This document shows positions 19,633 to 32,243 of a stretch of 64,000 nt of DNA, in pieces. The translations under genes were made by a program, and so were the position numbers. The notes below the pieces were generated by a model that was not told the origin of the DNA, did not search any database, and saw only the letters and a program-made list of their open reading frames with translations. Positions within the stretch are counted from its first letter, which is position 1, and each line of letters starts with the position of its first letter. Source of the DNA: Spirochaetia bacterium (lineage in GTDB: Bacteria; Spirochaetota; Spirochaetia; SZUA-6; Bin103); the NCBI GenBank assembly GCA_965203905.1, contig CBDBDQ010000005.1, positions 1,536,001-1,600,000 on the forward strand, read 5' to 3'.

Positions 19633-20871
19633 TTGACCCCGCTCGCGGTCTCGGTGCAGACCGTCCGGCGGTTCATCCTCGGCTGCCAAGGACTCTGGCC
19701 CGGACGGCGGTCGGCCGGCCGTCCCGGTGCCCGTAGGGCTCTGCACCAGTCAGGCCTGGTCCAAATCGACCCGTTGAACGTGGTCGGCCGGAGCCACGAT
19801 CTCGCGCTGCACGCCCGGGTGTGGGACTATCGCCCTGAGCATCTCGACCACCTGCTGTACACGAGCCGCGAGTTCTTCGACTACGGCGGGACGCTGTTCG
19901 TGCTGCCCATGGGCGAGCTCCCGTTTTGGCGGGTCCATATGGCGCGTCGTGCGGCCGAAGAGAAGTCGCGCGCGTTCGCGGCAGAGCATAAGCAGCTTCT
20001 GGAGGCGCTCCGGGAGGACGTCTCGTCACGAGGGCCGGTAGCGAACCGGGACTATGCCGGGCGGGGGCGTCGGGGGACGTTCCGCTCGGGCAAGGATACG
20101 GCCCGCGCTCTCCGACATCTCTGGTTGACCGGTGAGCTGATGACCTACGGGCGCCAGGGATTCGAGCGGCTCTACGCCTTGCGCCGTGACGTCGCACCGG
20201 TCGAGGTGCAGCACGCGGCGACGGCAGACGAGGCCGACGACTTCTTCGCCCGCAAAGCGCTCGCGCTGCTGGGCCTGGCAACAGCCCGCGACTGGGCCCA
20301 TCGGTTCCGGCACCTCGCCCGCCGCCGTTCGGACCCTGACGGGGAGCGTCGCAGACTGGACGAGCTCCTGACTTCAGGCGCGGCGGTACAGACGCAGATC
20401 GGCGATGGGCCCGCGCACTACCTGCTGAGGGAGCGGACCATGCAGCTGGAAGCCGTGCAGAGTGGATCGGTACCTGGAGCCTGGCGCACCTCACGGGCGG
20501 ACACGCTGACCGAGGCCACGTTCCTGCCGCCGCTGGAGTTCGTCACGGCACGCGGTCGGGCCGCGAAGTGGTTCGAGTTCGACTACGTCTGGGAGGTGTA
20601 CAAACCCGCCGCCAAACGGCGATGGGGCTACTACGTGATGCCCATCTTGCATGGCGATCGGCTCGTCGGGCGGGCGGACCTGCGGATCGATCGGGCTGCC
20701 CGCACGCTGATCGTCCCGCACTTGTGGCTGGAGCGCTCCGCTCACGCGCGAGACGCTGATCTCGTGCGAGCGATCGGCCTCGGGTTGCGCCGGTTGGCAG
20801 AATGGGCTGGTGGAGACTACGTGCATATCGACGCCACATCTCCCGCCCGGCTCCGGGTGCCACTCGCCTGA
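19633..20871 (+). CDS. YcaQ-family winged-helix DNA glycosylase-like protein
   Basis: VQIDPLNVVGRSHDL, FDYVWEVYKPAAKRRWGYYVMPILHGDRLVGR. Confidence 0.85.
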   Translation: MTPLAVSVQTVRRFILGCQGLWPGRRSAGRPGARRALHQSGLVQIDPLNVVGRSHDLALHARVWDYRPEHLDHLLYTSREFFDYGGTLFVLPMGELPFWRVHMARRAAEEKSRAFAAEHKQLLEALREDVSSRGPVANRDYAGRGRRGTFRSGKDTARALRHLWLTGELMTYGRQGFERLYALRRDVAPVEVQHAATADEADDFFARKALALLGLATARDWAHRFRHLARRRSDPDGERRRLDELLTSGAAVQTQIGDGPAHYLLRERTMQLEAVQSGSVPGAWRTSRADTLTEATFLPPLEFVTARGRAAKWFEFDYVWEVYKPAAKRRWGYYVMPILHGDRLVGRADLRIDRAARTLIVPHLWLERSAHARDADLVRAIGLGLRRLAEWAGGDYVHIDATSPARLRVPLA

Positions 20872-20872
20872 T

Positions 20873-21523
20873 TCAGCGGTTGGAGACGCGCAGCAGGCCC
20901 TCCGGGAAGCCACGCGCGCGCAGGTTCTGCTGCACCTGGGCCGCGGTGGCGGCGTCCAGATCGGGGATCACCACCCGGGTCAGGCTGTCGCCCTGCTGCA
21001 GCTCCGCTCCGAAGCCGGCATGGCGCAGCCGGTCCAGCAGGTTGCGGGCGTTGGCATACTCCCGGTACGAGCCGATCTGGATCAGGTAGATCGGCGGCGG
21101 GTCGCCCGGGCGCACCACCTGGATGCGGACCGGCGCGATGCCGGTGCGTACCATGTCGAGGTCGCGCGCGGCGGCCATCGACAGGTCGATGATGCGATTT
21201 CCCACGAACGGGCCGCGGTCGTTGATGCGCACCTCGGTAAAGGCACCGGTGGTGAGATGGGTGACCCGTACCAGGGTGTTGAACGGCAGCGTCTTGTGCG
21301 CCGCGGTATGCGTGTACATGTTGTACAGCTCGCCGTTGGACGTGGGGCGGCCGTGGAAGTCGGCGCCGTACCAGGAGGCGGTGCCCTCCTGCGGCTGCCA
21401 GGTGCCGGCGGCCACGGCCGTGGCCGCGGCCAGCTGGTCGGCGGCGGAGATCTGGGGCCGGGTCATGCAGCCCATGGTGCCGCCGGCGAAGATCGCCAGT
21501 GTCAGTGCCAGTATTCTTCTCAC
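20873..21523 (-). CDS. rlpA: Septal ring lytic transglycosylase RlpA with SPOR domain
   Basis: ASWYG, TAAHKTLPF, VRINDRGPF, IIDLS; lipoprotein-like N-terminus; GTG start after GGGAGG. Confidence 0.9.
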   Translation of the reverse strand: MRRILALTLAIFAGGTMGCMTRPQISAADQLAAATAVAAGTWQPQEGTASWYGADFHGRPTSNGELYNMYTHTAAHKTLPFNTLVRVTHLTTGAFTEVRINDRGPFVGNRIIDLSMAAARDLDMVRTGIAPVRIQVVRPGDPPPIYLIQIGSYREYANARNLLDRLRHAGFGAELQQGDSLTRVVIPDLDAATAAQVQQNLRARGFPEGLLRVSNR

Positions 21524-21651
21524 AATGTTCCTCCCCCGACGCAGGTCGGGGTCGCGGCGGTTCGGCGGCGGTACCGCCGGCGCGCCGCAGGCGCTGCGAT
21601 ATGCAGGCAGCGATTGCCCGCGGCGCGGCGCATTTCTATACTCGGCGCGAG

Positions 21652-23313
21652 ATGACCCGGGCTGTACCTGCCACACCGCCGTCCAGCGCCGCCGCGCCCG
21701 CCATTCAGGCCGGGCACTGGGCGGACGTGACCGCCGAACGCATCATCCGCCAGCGCGGCGACCGCGAATGCTACGTGGTGGCTTCCGGGGTGGCGCCGTC
21801 CGGGGCGGTGCACTTCGGCCACCTGCGCGAGGTGATGTCCACCGAGCTGGTGGCGCGGGCGTTGCGCGACCGCGGGAAGCGGGCGCGCTTCATCTACTCG
21901 TGGGACGACTACGACGTGTTCCGCAAGGTGCCCGCCAACCTGCCGCGGCAGGAGGAGCTGGCGCGCCACCTGCGCAAGCCGGTGGTGGACGTGCCGGATC
22001 CGTTCGGCGTTGCCGCCAACTACGCGGTCGGGTTCGAGCAGGGGCTGGAGCAGGTGCTTCCCCGCCTGGGCATTCGGCCGGAGTACCTGTACCAGGCGGA
22101 ACGCTACCGCGCGGCCCGCTACGCCGACGGCATCCGCACCGCCCTGGCGCGCCGCGCCGGCATACGCGCAATCCTCGACCGCCACCGGGACACCCCGCTG
22201 CCCGAGGATTATTGGCCGATCACGATATACTCAGGATTGGACGGCACCGACAACACCACGGTGCTGGACTGGGACGGCGCCGATACCGTCACCTACCGCG
22301 ACGTCGACGGCACCGAGAAGCGACTGGACCTGACCAGCTCCGGCGCCGCCAAGCTGCTGTGGCGCATCGACTGGCCGATGCGCTGGGCCTACGAGGGGGT
22401 CGACTGCGAGCCGGCCGGCAAGGATCACCACACCGCCGGCGGCTCGTTCGACACCGGCGGGCCGATCGCACGCGAGGTGTACGACTACGACCCGCCGGTG
22501 ACCTTCCTGTTCGGCGACGTGGGCGTCAAGGGCGGCGCCGGCCGCATCTCCTCCTCGGCCGGAAACGCGGTCACCATCGAGCAGGTGCTTGCCGTCTATC
22601 AGCCCGAGGTGGTGCGCTTTCTCTACGCCGGAACCCGGCCCAACGCCGAGTTCGTGGTGTCGTTCGATCTCGACGTGCTCAAGATCCACGAGGACTACGA
22701 CCGCGCCGAACGGGTGTACTTCGGCCACGAGCAGCTAGGGGCCAAGCGGCGCGACCGGGAGCGGCGCGTCTACGAGCTGTCGCAGATCGCGGAGGTGCCG
22801 GCGCGGATGCCACCCCAGGTGCCGTTCCGCCACCTGTGCAACCTGCTCCAGATCCGTGACGGCGACGTGGCTGCGACCCTGGCGGCGCTGGTGCAGGAGC
22901 TGCAGTTGACGGCGCCGGATGCCGCGGACGCCCGCCGCCGCCTGCAGGCGCGGGCGCAGGGCGCCGCTACCTGGCTGGAGAGCTACGCCCCGCCCTCCAT
23001 GCGCTTTCGCCTGCGGCGCGCCGACGAGCCGGCCCCGGCGCTGGCGCCGCGGGAGGCCGCCGCGCTCGGCCTCCTGTACCAGGAGCTGGCCGGGTTGGAG
23101 CGGCACGACGGCGCCTCCCTCTCGGACCGCATCTACGCCATCGCCGGTGAGCAGGAGCTGGCCCCGCGCGCCCTGTTCGCGGCCGCCTACCGGGCGCTGA
23201 TCGGCGCCGAGCGCGGGCCGCGGCTGGCGGACTTCATCCTGCTCAGCGGGCGCGCGCGCATCGCACCGCTGCTGGAGCCCTACGCTGCGGCGGCAGAGGA
23301 TGGGCCGGCATGA
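21652..23313 (+). CDS. lysS: Class I lysine--tRNA ligase
   Basis: HWAD, SGVAPSGAVHFGHLRE, WRIDWPMRW, EPAGKDH, ISSSAGN, GPRL. Confidence 0.93.
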   Translation: MTRAVPATPPSSAAAPAIQAGHWADVTAERIIRQRGDRECYVVASGVAPSGAVHFGHLREVMSTELVARALRDRGKRARFIYSWDDYDVFRKVPANLPRQEELARHLRKPVVDVPDPFGVAANYAVGFEQGLEQVLPRLGIRPEYLYQAERYRAARYADGIRTALARRAGIRAILDRHRDTPLPEDYWPITIYSGLDGTDNTTVLDWDGADTVTYRDVDGTEKRLDLTSSGAAKLLWRIDWPMRWAYEGVDCEPAGKDHHTAGGSFDTGGPIAREVYDYDPPVTFLFGDVGVKGGAGRISSSAGNAVTIEQVLAVYQPEVVRFLYAGTRPNAEFVVSFDLDVLKIHEDYDRAERVYFGHEQLGAKRRDRERRVYELSQIAEVPARMPPQVPFRHLCNLLQIRDGDVAATLAALVQELQLTAPDAADARRRLQARAQGAATWLESYAPPSMRFRLRRADEPAPALAPREAAALGLLYQELAGLERHDGASLSDRIYAIAGEQELAPRALFAAAYRALIGAERGPRLADFILLSGRARIAPLLEPYAAAAEDGPA

Positions 23314-24017
23314 GTGACGCGGACGCGGCCAAGGCGGCCGCGGGGCGTGCCGCCGCCGCCCTGGTGGAATCGGGGATGAGGGTCGGGCTCGGCACCGGCT
23401 CCACGGCGGTGCACGCGGTGCGCGCCATCGCCGAACGGGTGCGCGGCGGCGCGTTGCGCGACCTCGCGCTGGTCCCCACCAGCACCCAGACCCAGACCGA
23501 GTGCTGGGAGCTGGGCCTGAACCTGCTGACGCTCAGCGACCCGGTGGTGGACGGCACCCTCGACCTGAGCATCGACGGTGCCGACGAGGTGGACCCCGCC
23601 TGGGACCTGATCAAGGGCGGCGGCGGCGCCCTGCTCACCGAGAAGGTGGTGGCCGCGGTGAGCCGGCGCTACGTCATAGTGGTGGATGAGTCGAAGCTGG
23701 TGCCGTGCCTCGGCACCCGCTTTCCGGTGCCGGTGGAGGTGGTGCCGCTGGCGCTGGCGCCGGTGCGCGCCGCGCTGCAGGAGCGTGGTTACCGCGGCGC
23801 GGTGCGCATCGCGGTACGCAAGCAGGGACCGGTGATCACCGACCACGGCAACCTGATCGTCGACGCCTGGCCTCCGGAAGGGTTCGATGCCCCGCGCAGC
23901 GAGGCGGAGCTCGCCGCCATTCCCGGGGTGGTGGAGAACGGGCTGTTCACGCGCTGCGTCACCGACCTGCTGGTGGGCGCCGCCGGCGGCGTACGGCACC
24001 GCCGCCGCGAGCGCTGA
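23310..24017 (+). CDS. rpiA: Ribose-5-phosphate isomerase A
   Basis: GLGTGST, IDGADEV, IKGGGGALLTEK. Confidence 0.95.
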   Translation: MSDADAAKAAAGRAAAALVESGMRVGLGTGSTAVHAVRAIAERVRGGALRDLALVPTSTQTQTECWELGLNLLTLSDPVVDGTLDLSIDGADEVDPAWDLIKGGGGALLTEKVVAAVSRRYVIVVDESKLVPCLGTRFPVPVEVVPLALAPVRAALQERGYRGAVRIAVRKQGPVITDHGNLIVDAWPPEGFDAPRSEAELAAIPGVVENGLFTRCVTDLLVGAAGGVRHRRRER

Positions 24018-24072
24018 TGGTCGCCGCGACCGCAGTCGCGGCAGCCGTGGCCAGATGGCGCCGGGGCGTGCC

Positions 24073-25182
24073 ATGAGCGCGCCGCGCGAGCGCATCGCGG
24101 TGCTGCTGTCGGGCGGGGTGGACAGCGCCCTGGCCCTGGCCCTGCTGCGCGAGGCGGGACACCGGCTCACCGCCTTCTACCTGAAGGTATGGCTGGAGGA
24201 GGAGCTGGCGTTCCTGGGCGACTGCCCCTGGGAGGAGGACCTGCGCTACGCGCGCGCCGTGTGCGACCAGTTGCAGGTCCCACTCGAGGTGGTGCCGTTC
24301 CAGGCCGAGTACCAGCAGGCGGTGGTGCAGTACGTGCTGGGCGCGCTGCGCGCCGGCCACACGCCGAGTCCCGACGTGCTGTGCAACCGTGCCATCAAGT
24401 TCGGCGCCTTCGTGGACCGCATCGGCGGTGACTACGACGCGGTGGCCAGCGGCCACTACGCGCGGCTGGCACCGGCCGCGGACGGGCACACCCGGCTGCT
24501 GCGTGGGGTGGATCGGGCCAAGGACCAGAGCTATTTCCTGGCCTACCTGCGGCGCGAGCAACTCGGCCGGCTGCGCTTCCCGCTCGGCGCCCTGTGCAAG
24601 CACCAGGTGCGGGTGATGGCTCGGGAGCGGAGGCTGGCGCCGAGCGGACGCAAGGACAGCCAGGGCATCTGCTTCCTCGGCAAGCTCAGTTACCCGGCCT
24701 TCGTGCGCGCCCACCTCGGCGAGACGCCCGGAACGATTCGCGAGTTCCCCGGCGGCGCCCGGCTGGGCACCCACCGCGGGCACTGGTTCCATACCATCGG
24801 CCAGCGCCAGGGCCTGGGTCTCGGCGACGGTCCCTGGTACGTGGTGGCCAAGGACACGGCCGCCAACACGGTGTACGTGGCGCACGACCCCGGCGCCGCG
24901 GCCCCCGCCGCGGTGGCGCTGGTCGACGGCAACTGGATCGAGCCGGCGGCACCGGACGCCCTGTATGAGCGGCCCCTGCTGGTCCGCGTGCGCCACGGCG
25001 ACGCCCCGCGTCCGTGCCGGCTCGGCGCCGCGGCAGGCGGCAACGGGGCTGCGCCGACGCTCCGCTTCGAGCAACCGCTGCCCGGCATCGCCAGCGGCCA
25101 GTTCGCGGTGTTGTACGAGGCCGGCGGTGAGCTGTGCCACGGCGCCGGCATGATGCAGCGCAGCGAAGTCGCATATTCCTGA
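24073..25182 (+). CDS. mnmA: tRNA 2-thiouridylase
   Basis: SGGVDS, PSPDVLCN, GHYA, KDQSYFL, DSQGICF, TIGQRQG. Confidence 0.95.
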   Translation: MSAPRERIAVLLSGGVDSALALALLREAGHRLTAFYLKVWLEEELAFLGDCPWEEDLRYARAVCDQLQVPLEVVPFQAEYQQAVVQYVLGALRAGHTPSPDVLCNRAIKFGAFVDRIGGDYDAVASGHYARLAPAADGHTRLLRGVDRAKDQSYFLAYLRREQLGRLRFPLGALCKHQVRVMARERRLAPSGRKDSQGICFLGKLSYPAFVRAHLGETPGTIREFPGGARLGTHRGHWFHTIGQRQGLGLGDGPWYVVAKDTAANTVYVAHDPGAAAPAAVALVDGNWIEPAAPDALYERPLLVRVRHGDAPRPCRLGAAAGGNGAAPTLRFEQPLPGIASGQFAVLYEAGGELCHGAGMMQRSEVAYS

Positions 25183-25261
25183 AGCAGCGGCTGAGGCGCT
25201 TGGCGCCTGGCCACGCGGAGCCCCGCGAGCCTCGCACATGGCCACGACAAGTGTGCAATGA

Positions 25262-25705
<444 letters not shown>

Positions 25706-25747
25706 GCACCCGGGGGCCGGCGACCGAGGTCCGCCACGAGTCGGTGG

Positions 25748-25776
25748 TTGACCATTCGGCGCGGAAGCCGTAGCTT
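25748..25776 (+). promoter_or_regulatory. Sigma70-like promoter of Rrf2-cys operon
   Basis: TTGACC-N17-TAGCTT. Confidence 0.6.
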
Positions 25777-25788
25777 AGCGGCCCGCCA

Positions 25789-25811
25789 ATCTTGACCATG
25801 TAGATCAAGAT
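25789..25811. promoter_or_regulatory. Rrf2-type operator palindrome
   Basis: ATCTTGA-N9-TCAAGAT between promoter and Rrf2 gene; resembles IscR-family sites. Confidence 0.7.
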
Positions 25812-25833
25812 AGGCGACAAAGGGAGCACCGAT

Positions 25834-26247
25834 ATGTGGGCGCTATCCGCAAAAGCACGCTACGGCCTCCAGGCGGCCTACGACCTGGCCCTGCACGCCG
25901 GCAACGGACCACGCCAGATCCGGGAGGTGGCCGCCGATCAGGAGATTCCCCAGCACTTCCTGGAGCAGGTGCTGGTGCAACTCAAGCGCGCCTCGCTGGT
26001 GCGCAGCTACCGCGGCTGCCACGGTGGCTATGCGCTGGCCCGGGAACCAGCGCAGATCTCGGTGCTGGAGGTCCTGACCTGTCTGGAGGGGCCTTTGGAA
26101 TTTGGCGCCGGGCCGTGGAGCGACGAGGTGCTGGCGCTGCCGCTGCAACGCGCCGCCGAGGGCGTCAGCCGGGCGCTGCAGGTGACGCTGGCCGACCTGG
26201 TGTGGGACAAGCAGCGCTCCCAGCCGCACCTCACCTACCAGATATGA
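25834..26247 (+). CDS. Rrf2-family transcriptional regulator (CymR/IscR-like)
   Basis: [30 protein letters not shown]. Confidence 0.9.
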   Translation: MWALSAKARYGLQAAYDLALHAGNGPRQIREVAADQEIPQHFLEQVLVQLKRASLVRSYRGCHGGYALAREPAQISVLEVLTCLEGPLEFGAGPWSDEVLALPLQRAAEGVSRALQVTLADLVWDKQRSQPHLTYQI

Positions 26248-26995
26248 GCGTCTCGGATATGAACGCCTCGACGGAGCTGTCCGCACCGGTCGCGGTCCTG
26301 CAGGAACTCGCCGCCAGCGCGGAGCGCGGTCCCGAGACCCTGCTGCGGGCCCTGGTGGAGCGCTACGGACGCGGCCTGAAGCTGGCCTCGTCGTTGGGTA
26401 CCGAGGATCAGGTGCTGACCCACATGCTGCTGCAGATCGATCCGCAGGCGCGCATCTTCGTGCTCGATACCGGGCGCCTGCACCAGGAGACCTACGACCT
26501 GATGGCGCGCACCATGAGCCGTTACGACATGCGCTACGAGGTGCTGTTTCCCGCCGCGGAGGCGGTCCAGGAGATGGTCGCCGGCGAGGGCCCCAACCTG
26601 TTCTACGCCAGCGTCGAGGGGCGCCAGCGCTGCTGCGCGGTGCGCAAGGTGGAGCCGCTGGGGCGGGCGCTGGCCGACGCCGCCGCCTGGGTGACCGGGC
26701 TGCGCCGCGAGCAAAGCCCGGAGCGCGGCGCGACTCCGGCGGTGGAGTGGGACACCGCCCACAGCGCGGTGAAGGCCAACCCGCTCGCCGAGTGGAGCGA
26801 GGCGCAGGTGTGGGACTACCTGCGCAGCCATGGGGTTCCCTACAACGTGCTGCACGACCGGGGCTTCCTCAGCATCGGCTGTGCCCCGTGCACCCGCGCC
26901 GTGGAGCCGGGCGAACCGGCGCGCGCCGGGCGCTGGTGGTGGGAGCAGGGCACCGCCAAGGAGTGCGGCCTGCACCCCGCCGGGGAAGAGCGCTC

Positions 26996-26999
<4 letters not shown>
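26244..26999 (+). CDS. cysH: APS/PAPS reductase (Fe-S APS-reductase type)
   Basis: [29 protein letters not shown]...KECGLH. Confidence 0.92.
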
Positions 27000-27876
<877 letters not shown>

Positions 27877-27877
<1 letters not shown>

Positions 27878-29802
27878 TGGCCGCGGTGACGGATACCCCC
27901 GCCAAGCCGGCGCCGGCTGCGGCCGCGGCGTCCAGGCCCGAGGTGGCGGTGATGAACGTGGTGGTGATCGGCCACGTCGACCATGGCAAGAGCACGGTGG
28001 TGGGACGGCTGCTGCACGACACCGACGTGCTGCCGCACGGCAAGATCGAACAGGTGCGCCGCAACTGCGAGCGCAGCGGCAAGCCGTTCGAGTACGCGTT
28101 CCTGATCGACGCCCTGCAGGACGAACAGGCGCAGGGCATCACCATCGACGCGGCGCGGGTCTTCTTCCGCTCCGACCGCCGCCGCTACATCATCATCGAC
28201 GCTCCCGGACACATCGAGTTCCTGAAGAACATGATCTCCGGCGCCGCCCGTGCCGAAGCCGCCATCCTGGTGATCGACGCCCAGGAGGGGGTGCGCGAGA
28301 ACTCGCGCCGGCACGGCTACATGGCGGCCATGCTCGGCATCCGCCAGCTGGTGGTCGCGGTCAACAAGATGGACCTGGTGGACTACGACCAGGCCACGTT
28401 CGCCGCCATCCACGAGGAGTACGCGGCCTTCCTGCGCGAGATCGAGGTGCAGCCGCGCGCCTTCATCCCGGTGAGTGGCCGCCACGGCGACAACCTGGCG
28501 GCGCCGTCGCCGCGCACGCCGTGGTACGACGGCGCCCCGCTGCTGCAGCAGATGGATGCGCTCGACAGTGCCGGACCCGCCACCTCGCAGGCGCTGCGGC
28601 TGCCGGTGCAGGACGTCTACAAGTTCCCGGTGCGCGGTGACGACGCGCGCATCGTCGCCGGCACCGTCGCCAGCGGCAGCGTGCGGGTGGGAGACGCGGT
28701 CGAGTTCCTGCCCTCGCGCAAGCGCGCCCGCGTGCGCAGCATCGAGGGCTTCAACCTGCCCCCGCAGCGGGAGGCGGCCGCGGGCGGCGCCACCGGCATC
28801 ACCCTCAGCGAGGAGCTCTACGTCCGTCCCGGCGAAGTGATGTACCGGGTGGGCGAACCGGCCCCGCGGGTCGGCACCACGTTCCGCTGCAACCTGTTCT
28901 GGCTCGGCCGCAACCCGCTGGTGCGGGGCAAGCGCTACCGGCTCAAGCTGGCCACCAACCGGGTCGCCGTGCACGTCAAGGAGATCGTGCAGGTGCTGGA
29001 CGCAGCCAGCCTGGAGAGCCGCGGGTCGGGGCCGGGGCGGAGTGCCGGAGGCGCCCGCGAGGTGCCGGCCCACGTGGGACGCCACGACGTCGCCGAGTGC
29101 GTGCTGGAGACCCACAAGCCGATCGCCTTCGACCTCGGCCTGGGCGCGGACCTGGCGGCGACCGGGCGCTTCGTGCTGGTTGACGAATACGAGATCGCCG
29201 GCGGCGGCATCATTACCGAGTACCTGTCCGGCCTCAGGGACTCCCTGCGCGAGCACGTCAAGCAGCGTGAGTACGCCTGGGTACGCGGCTCCATCACCCA
29301 GCAGGAGCGTATCGAACGCTTCGGCCAGCGGGCGCGGCTGGTGGTGCTGACTGGCCCAGAGCGGCGGCCGCTGCAGGAGATGGCGCGGGGGCTGGAGGCG
29401 GAGCTGTTCCGCGCCGGGCGCAGCGCCTACTACCTGGGACTCACCAACCTGGCCCGCGGCCTGGACGCGGACATGACCGAGGCTGCGGATGGAGACGCCG
29501 CGATCACAACGGCCGGAGACGACCGCGGGGAGCACGTACGGCGTCTCGGCGAGGTGGCCCACATCCTCTGTGAAGCGGGGCAGATCGTCATCACCACGGT
29601 GGCCGATCTCGACACCTACGAAGCGGAGACGTTGCGTATTCTCGGCCAGCCTCACGACATGCTGGTGATCCGCACCGGCGCCGACCGGCACGGCGTGAAC
29701 GCGGACCTCGCGCTTCCGTCCGAGACGCCGGTGGCGGAAGCGGTGGCCGCGGTGTGCCGCCTGCTGCGTGAGCGCGAGGTGCTGCTCGAGTACTACCTGT
29801 GA
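27877..29802 (+). CDS. cysN: Sulfate adenylyltransferase subunit 1 with degenerate C-terminal APS-kinase-like domain
   Basis: [24 protein letters not shown]; C-terminal CysC-like region lacks Walker A. Confidence 0.9.
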
Positions 29803-29830
29803 CGGACGCGGCGCCGCCGCGGAGCGATTG

Positions 29831-31297
29831 ATGGCGGCTTTCGTGAGCCTGATCGGGGCCGGACCGGGCGACCCCGAGCTGATCACCCTGCGCGGCCAGC
29901 GTGCCCTGGCGGCGGCCGACGTAATCATCTACGACGACCTGGTGGATCGGCGCCTGCTGATCCCGTTTGACGGGCGGCCGGTGTATGGCCTCGGTGACCG
30001 CCGGGCACCGGCGCCGGAACGGCAGCAGCGCCTGTATCGGCTGCTGGCGGAACAGGCGGCGGCCGGGCGCCGGGTGGCGCATCTCAAGGGTGGCGACCCG
30101 CTGCTGTTCGCGCGCGGCACGGAGGAGATACTGTTCCTGCGTGGCGCCGGCATCCCCTACGAGGTGATTCCCGGCATTACCGCCGCGGTGGCGGCGGCCG
30201 CCTACGCGGAGCTGCCCCTGACGCGGCGCCGGCAGGCCTCGTCGGTGGCCTTCTGCACCGGGCACACCGAGCAGGTGGCGGTGCCCGAGGCCGATACTCT
30301 GGTCTACTACATGGCGGCCGCGCGGCTGGCGGTGATAGCCGAGCAGCTCCTGGCCCGAGGCTGGCGCCCGGCGACGCCGGTGACCCTGATCCGCAACGCC
30401 AGCCGCCCCGACCAGTCGGTGACCACCCTGACGCTGCGCGGCGCTGCCCGCCATGACGCGCCGGCGCCCCCGCTGGTGGCGGTGATCGGACCGGGTGGCG
30501 CTCCGGTGGGCGCCGAACCCCGAAGTGACCGGCGGCCACCGCTGGCCGGCGGCGCGGCCGAGAGCGGCCCGCCGGCCCACGCCGGGAGTTCCTGGTTCAG
30601 CAGCGCGCGCAAGGTGCTGGTGACCGGGACCAGTGCCGAGCCCTACCGCCGTCTCGGGGAAGTGGTGCACACGCCGCTGATCCGGATTGCGGAGCCGGCC
30701 GACTGGGGACCCCTGGATGCGGCTCTGGAACGGCTTGCGGACTACTCGATCGTGGCGCTGACCAGTCGTTACGCCGTAACGGCGCTGATGCGGCGGCTGC
30801 TGGCGCGCGGTGGCGACGGACGGCGCCTGGCCCAGGCGCGGCTGGCAGTGGTGGGGGCCGCAACCGCGGCCGCGCTGCGCGGGCACGGCCTGATGGCGGA
30901 CCTGGTGGCGCAGCCGGAGACCGGCGCGGGTCTGCTGGCGGCGCTGCGCGGCGCCGGGCCGCTGGCAGGCGGGCGGGTGCTGCTGCCGCGCTCGCAGCTC
31001 GCCGATGCCGTCCTGCCGCAGGGGCTGTGCGCGGCGGGCGCGGAGGTGACGGCGGTCACCGCCTACCGCACCCTGCCGGTGACCGCGCCGGTGCAGGTGG
31101 ACCTGGCCGCCTGCGACGCCGTGGTGTTCACCTCGCCCTCCACGGTCGAGGCGTTTCGCCAGCTCTACGGAACGGCGGTGCCGGAACGGGTAGAGCTCTG
31201 GTGTCGCGGTCCGCGTACCCGGACGGCGGCGCAGGCCGCGTTCGGACGCGGCGCTGCGCTGCCGGGTGACGCGGCCCGCAGGGCTGCCGCGCGCTGA
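29831..31297 (+). CDS. cobA: Uroporphyrinogen-III C-methyltransferase/synthase fusion (CobA-HemD)
   Basis: GAGPGDPELIT, LKGGDP, IPGITA; HemD half with LTS, VGAAT, FTSPSTV. Confidence 0.88.
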   Translation: MAAFVSLIGAGPGDPELITLRGQRALAAADVIIYDDLVDRRLLIPFDGRPVYGLGDRRAPAPERQQRLYRLLAEQAAAGRRVAHLKGGDPLLFARGTEEILFLRGAGIPYEVIPGITAAVAAAAYAELPLTRRRQASSVAFCTGHTEQVAVPEADTLVYYMAAARLAVIAEQLLARGWRPATPVTLIRNASRPDQSVTTLTLRGAARHDAPAPPLVAVIGPGGAPVGAEPRSDRRPPLAGGAAESGPPAHAGSSWFSSARKVLVTGTSAEPYRRLGEVVHTPLIRIAEPADWGPLDAALERLADYSIVALTSRYAVTALMRRLLARGGDGRRLAQARLAVVGAATAAALRGHGLMADLVAQPETGAGLLAALRGAGPLAGGRVLLPRSQLADAVLPQGLCAAGAEVTAVTAYRTLPVTAPVQVDLAACDAVVFTSPSTVEAFRQLYGTAVPERVELWCRGPRTRTAAQAAFGRGAALPGDAARRAAAR

Positions 31298-31322
31298 GGC
31301 CGGCCCGGCTTGGGGTGCGCGC

Positions 31323-32222
31323 TCAGCCGCGGGCGCGCAGGGCCTGCAGCACGCTGTCGTCGTGGCGCCACTTCTTGCGCACCTTGACCCTCAGGTCGAC
31401 AGTCACCCGGCGGCCGAAGATGGCGCGCAGCTGGGCCTCCGCGCCACGGCGGATTTCGGCGATGCCGGCACCGCGCCGGCCCACCACGATTCCGACCTGG
31501 CTCGGGCGCTCCACCCAGATGGTGGCGCGCGCCCACAGGCCGCCGGGGCGCGGCTCCAGGTCCAGCACCTCGACGTACAGTGCGTGCGGGACCTCGGCGC
31601 GGGTACGCCGGAACACCAGCTCGCGGACGATTTCGGCGACCCGGAAGTCGGGACTCTGATCGGTATAGACGTCCGCAGGGTAGTGCAGGTCGCCGCGCGG
31701 GCTCAGTTCCAGCAGCCGCGCCACCAGCCGTCCGACTCCGGCGCCGGTGAGTGCCGAAACCGGGTGCAGCTCATCGATGCCGGCCGCGTGAACTGCCTGT
31801 GCCATGGCGCGGGCAGCGTCGCGGGGCGCTTTCAGATCCACCTTGTTGCGCGCCGCCACGCATGGACCTGAAAAACCGCGCGCCGCGGTCAGCACGGCAT
31901 GGTCCTCGGGCCCGAACGGGCGCCCGGAATCGAACACCAGCAACAGCAGGTCGACCTCGCCGGCAACCGACAGCGCCACGTCGCGCAGCACGAGGTTCAT
32001 CTTGCGTTCGCTCAGATGCAGCCCCGGGGTGTCGAGGAAGATGAGCTGGCCTTCCTGCCTGGTGACGATACCCCGCACCCGGCTGCGCGTGGTCTGCGGT
32101 ACCGGCGACACGATCGACACCTTGTGACCGCAGATACGGTTGACCAGGGACGACTTACCCGTCGACGGACGGCCGATTACGCCGACGCTGCCGACGTGCG
32201 GTTGCGCTGCGGCACCTGCCAT
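31323..32222 (-). CDS. era: GTPase Era
   Basis: GRPSTGKSS, PQTTR, DTPG, NKVD, KH-like VGRRG. Confidence 0.93.
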   Translation of the reverse strand: MAGAAAQPHVGSVGVIGRPSTGKSSLVNRICGHKVSIVSPVPQTTRSRVRGIVTRQEGQLIFLDTPGLHLSERKMNLVLRDVALSVAGEVDLLLLVFDSGRPFGPEDHAVLTAARGFSGPCVAARNKVDLKAPRDAARAMAQAVHAAGIDELHPVSALTGAGVGRLVARLLELSPRGDLHYPADVYTDQSPDFRVAEIVRELVFRRTRAEVPHALYVEVLDLEPRPGGLWARATIWVERPSQVGIVVGRRGAGIAEIRRGAEAQLRAIFGRRVTVDLRVKVRKKWRHDDSVLQALRARG

Positions 32223-32243
32223 CAGCGGACGCCGCGGCGGCCG

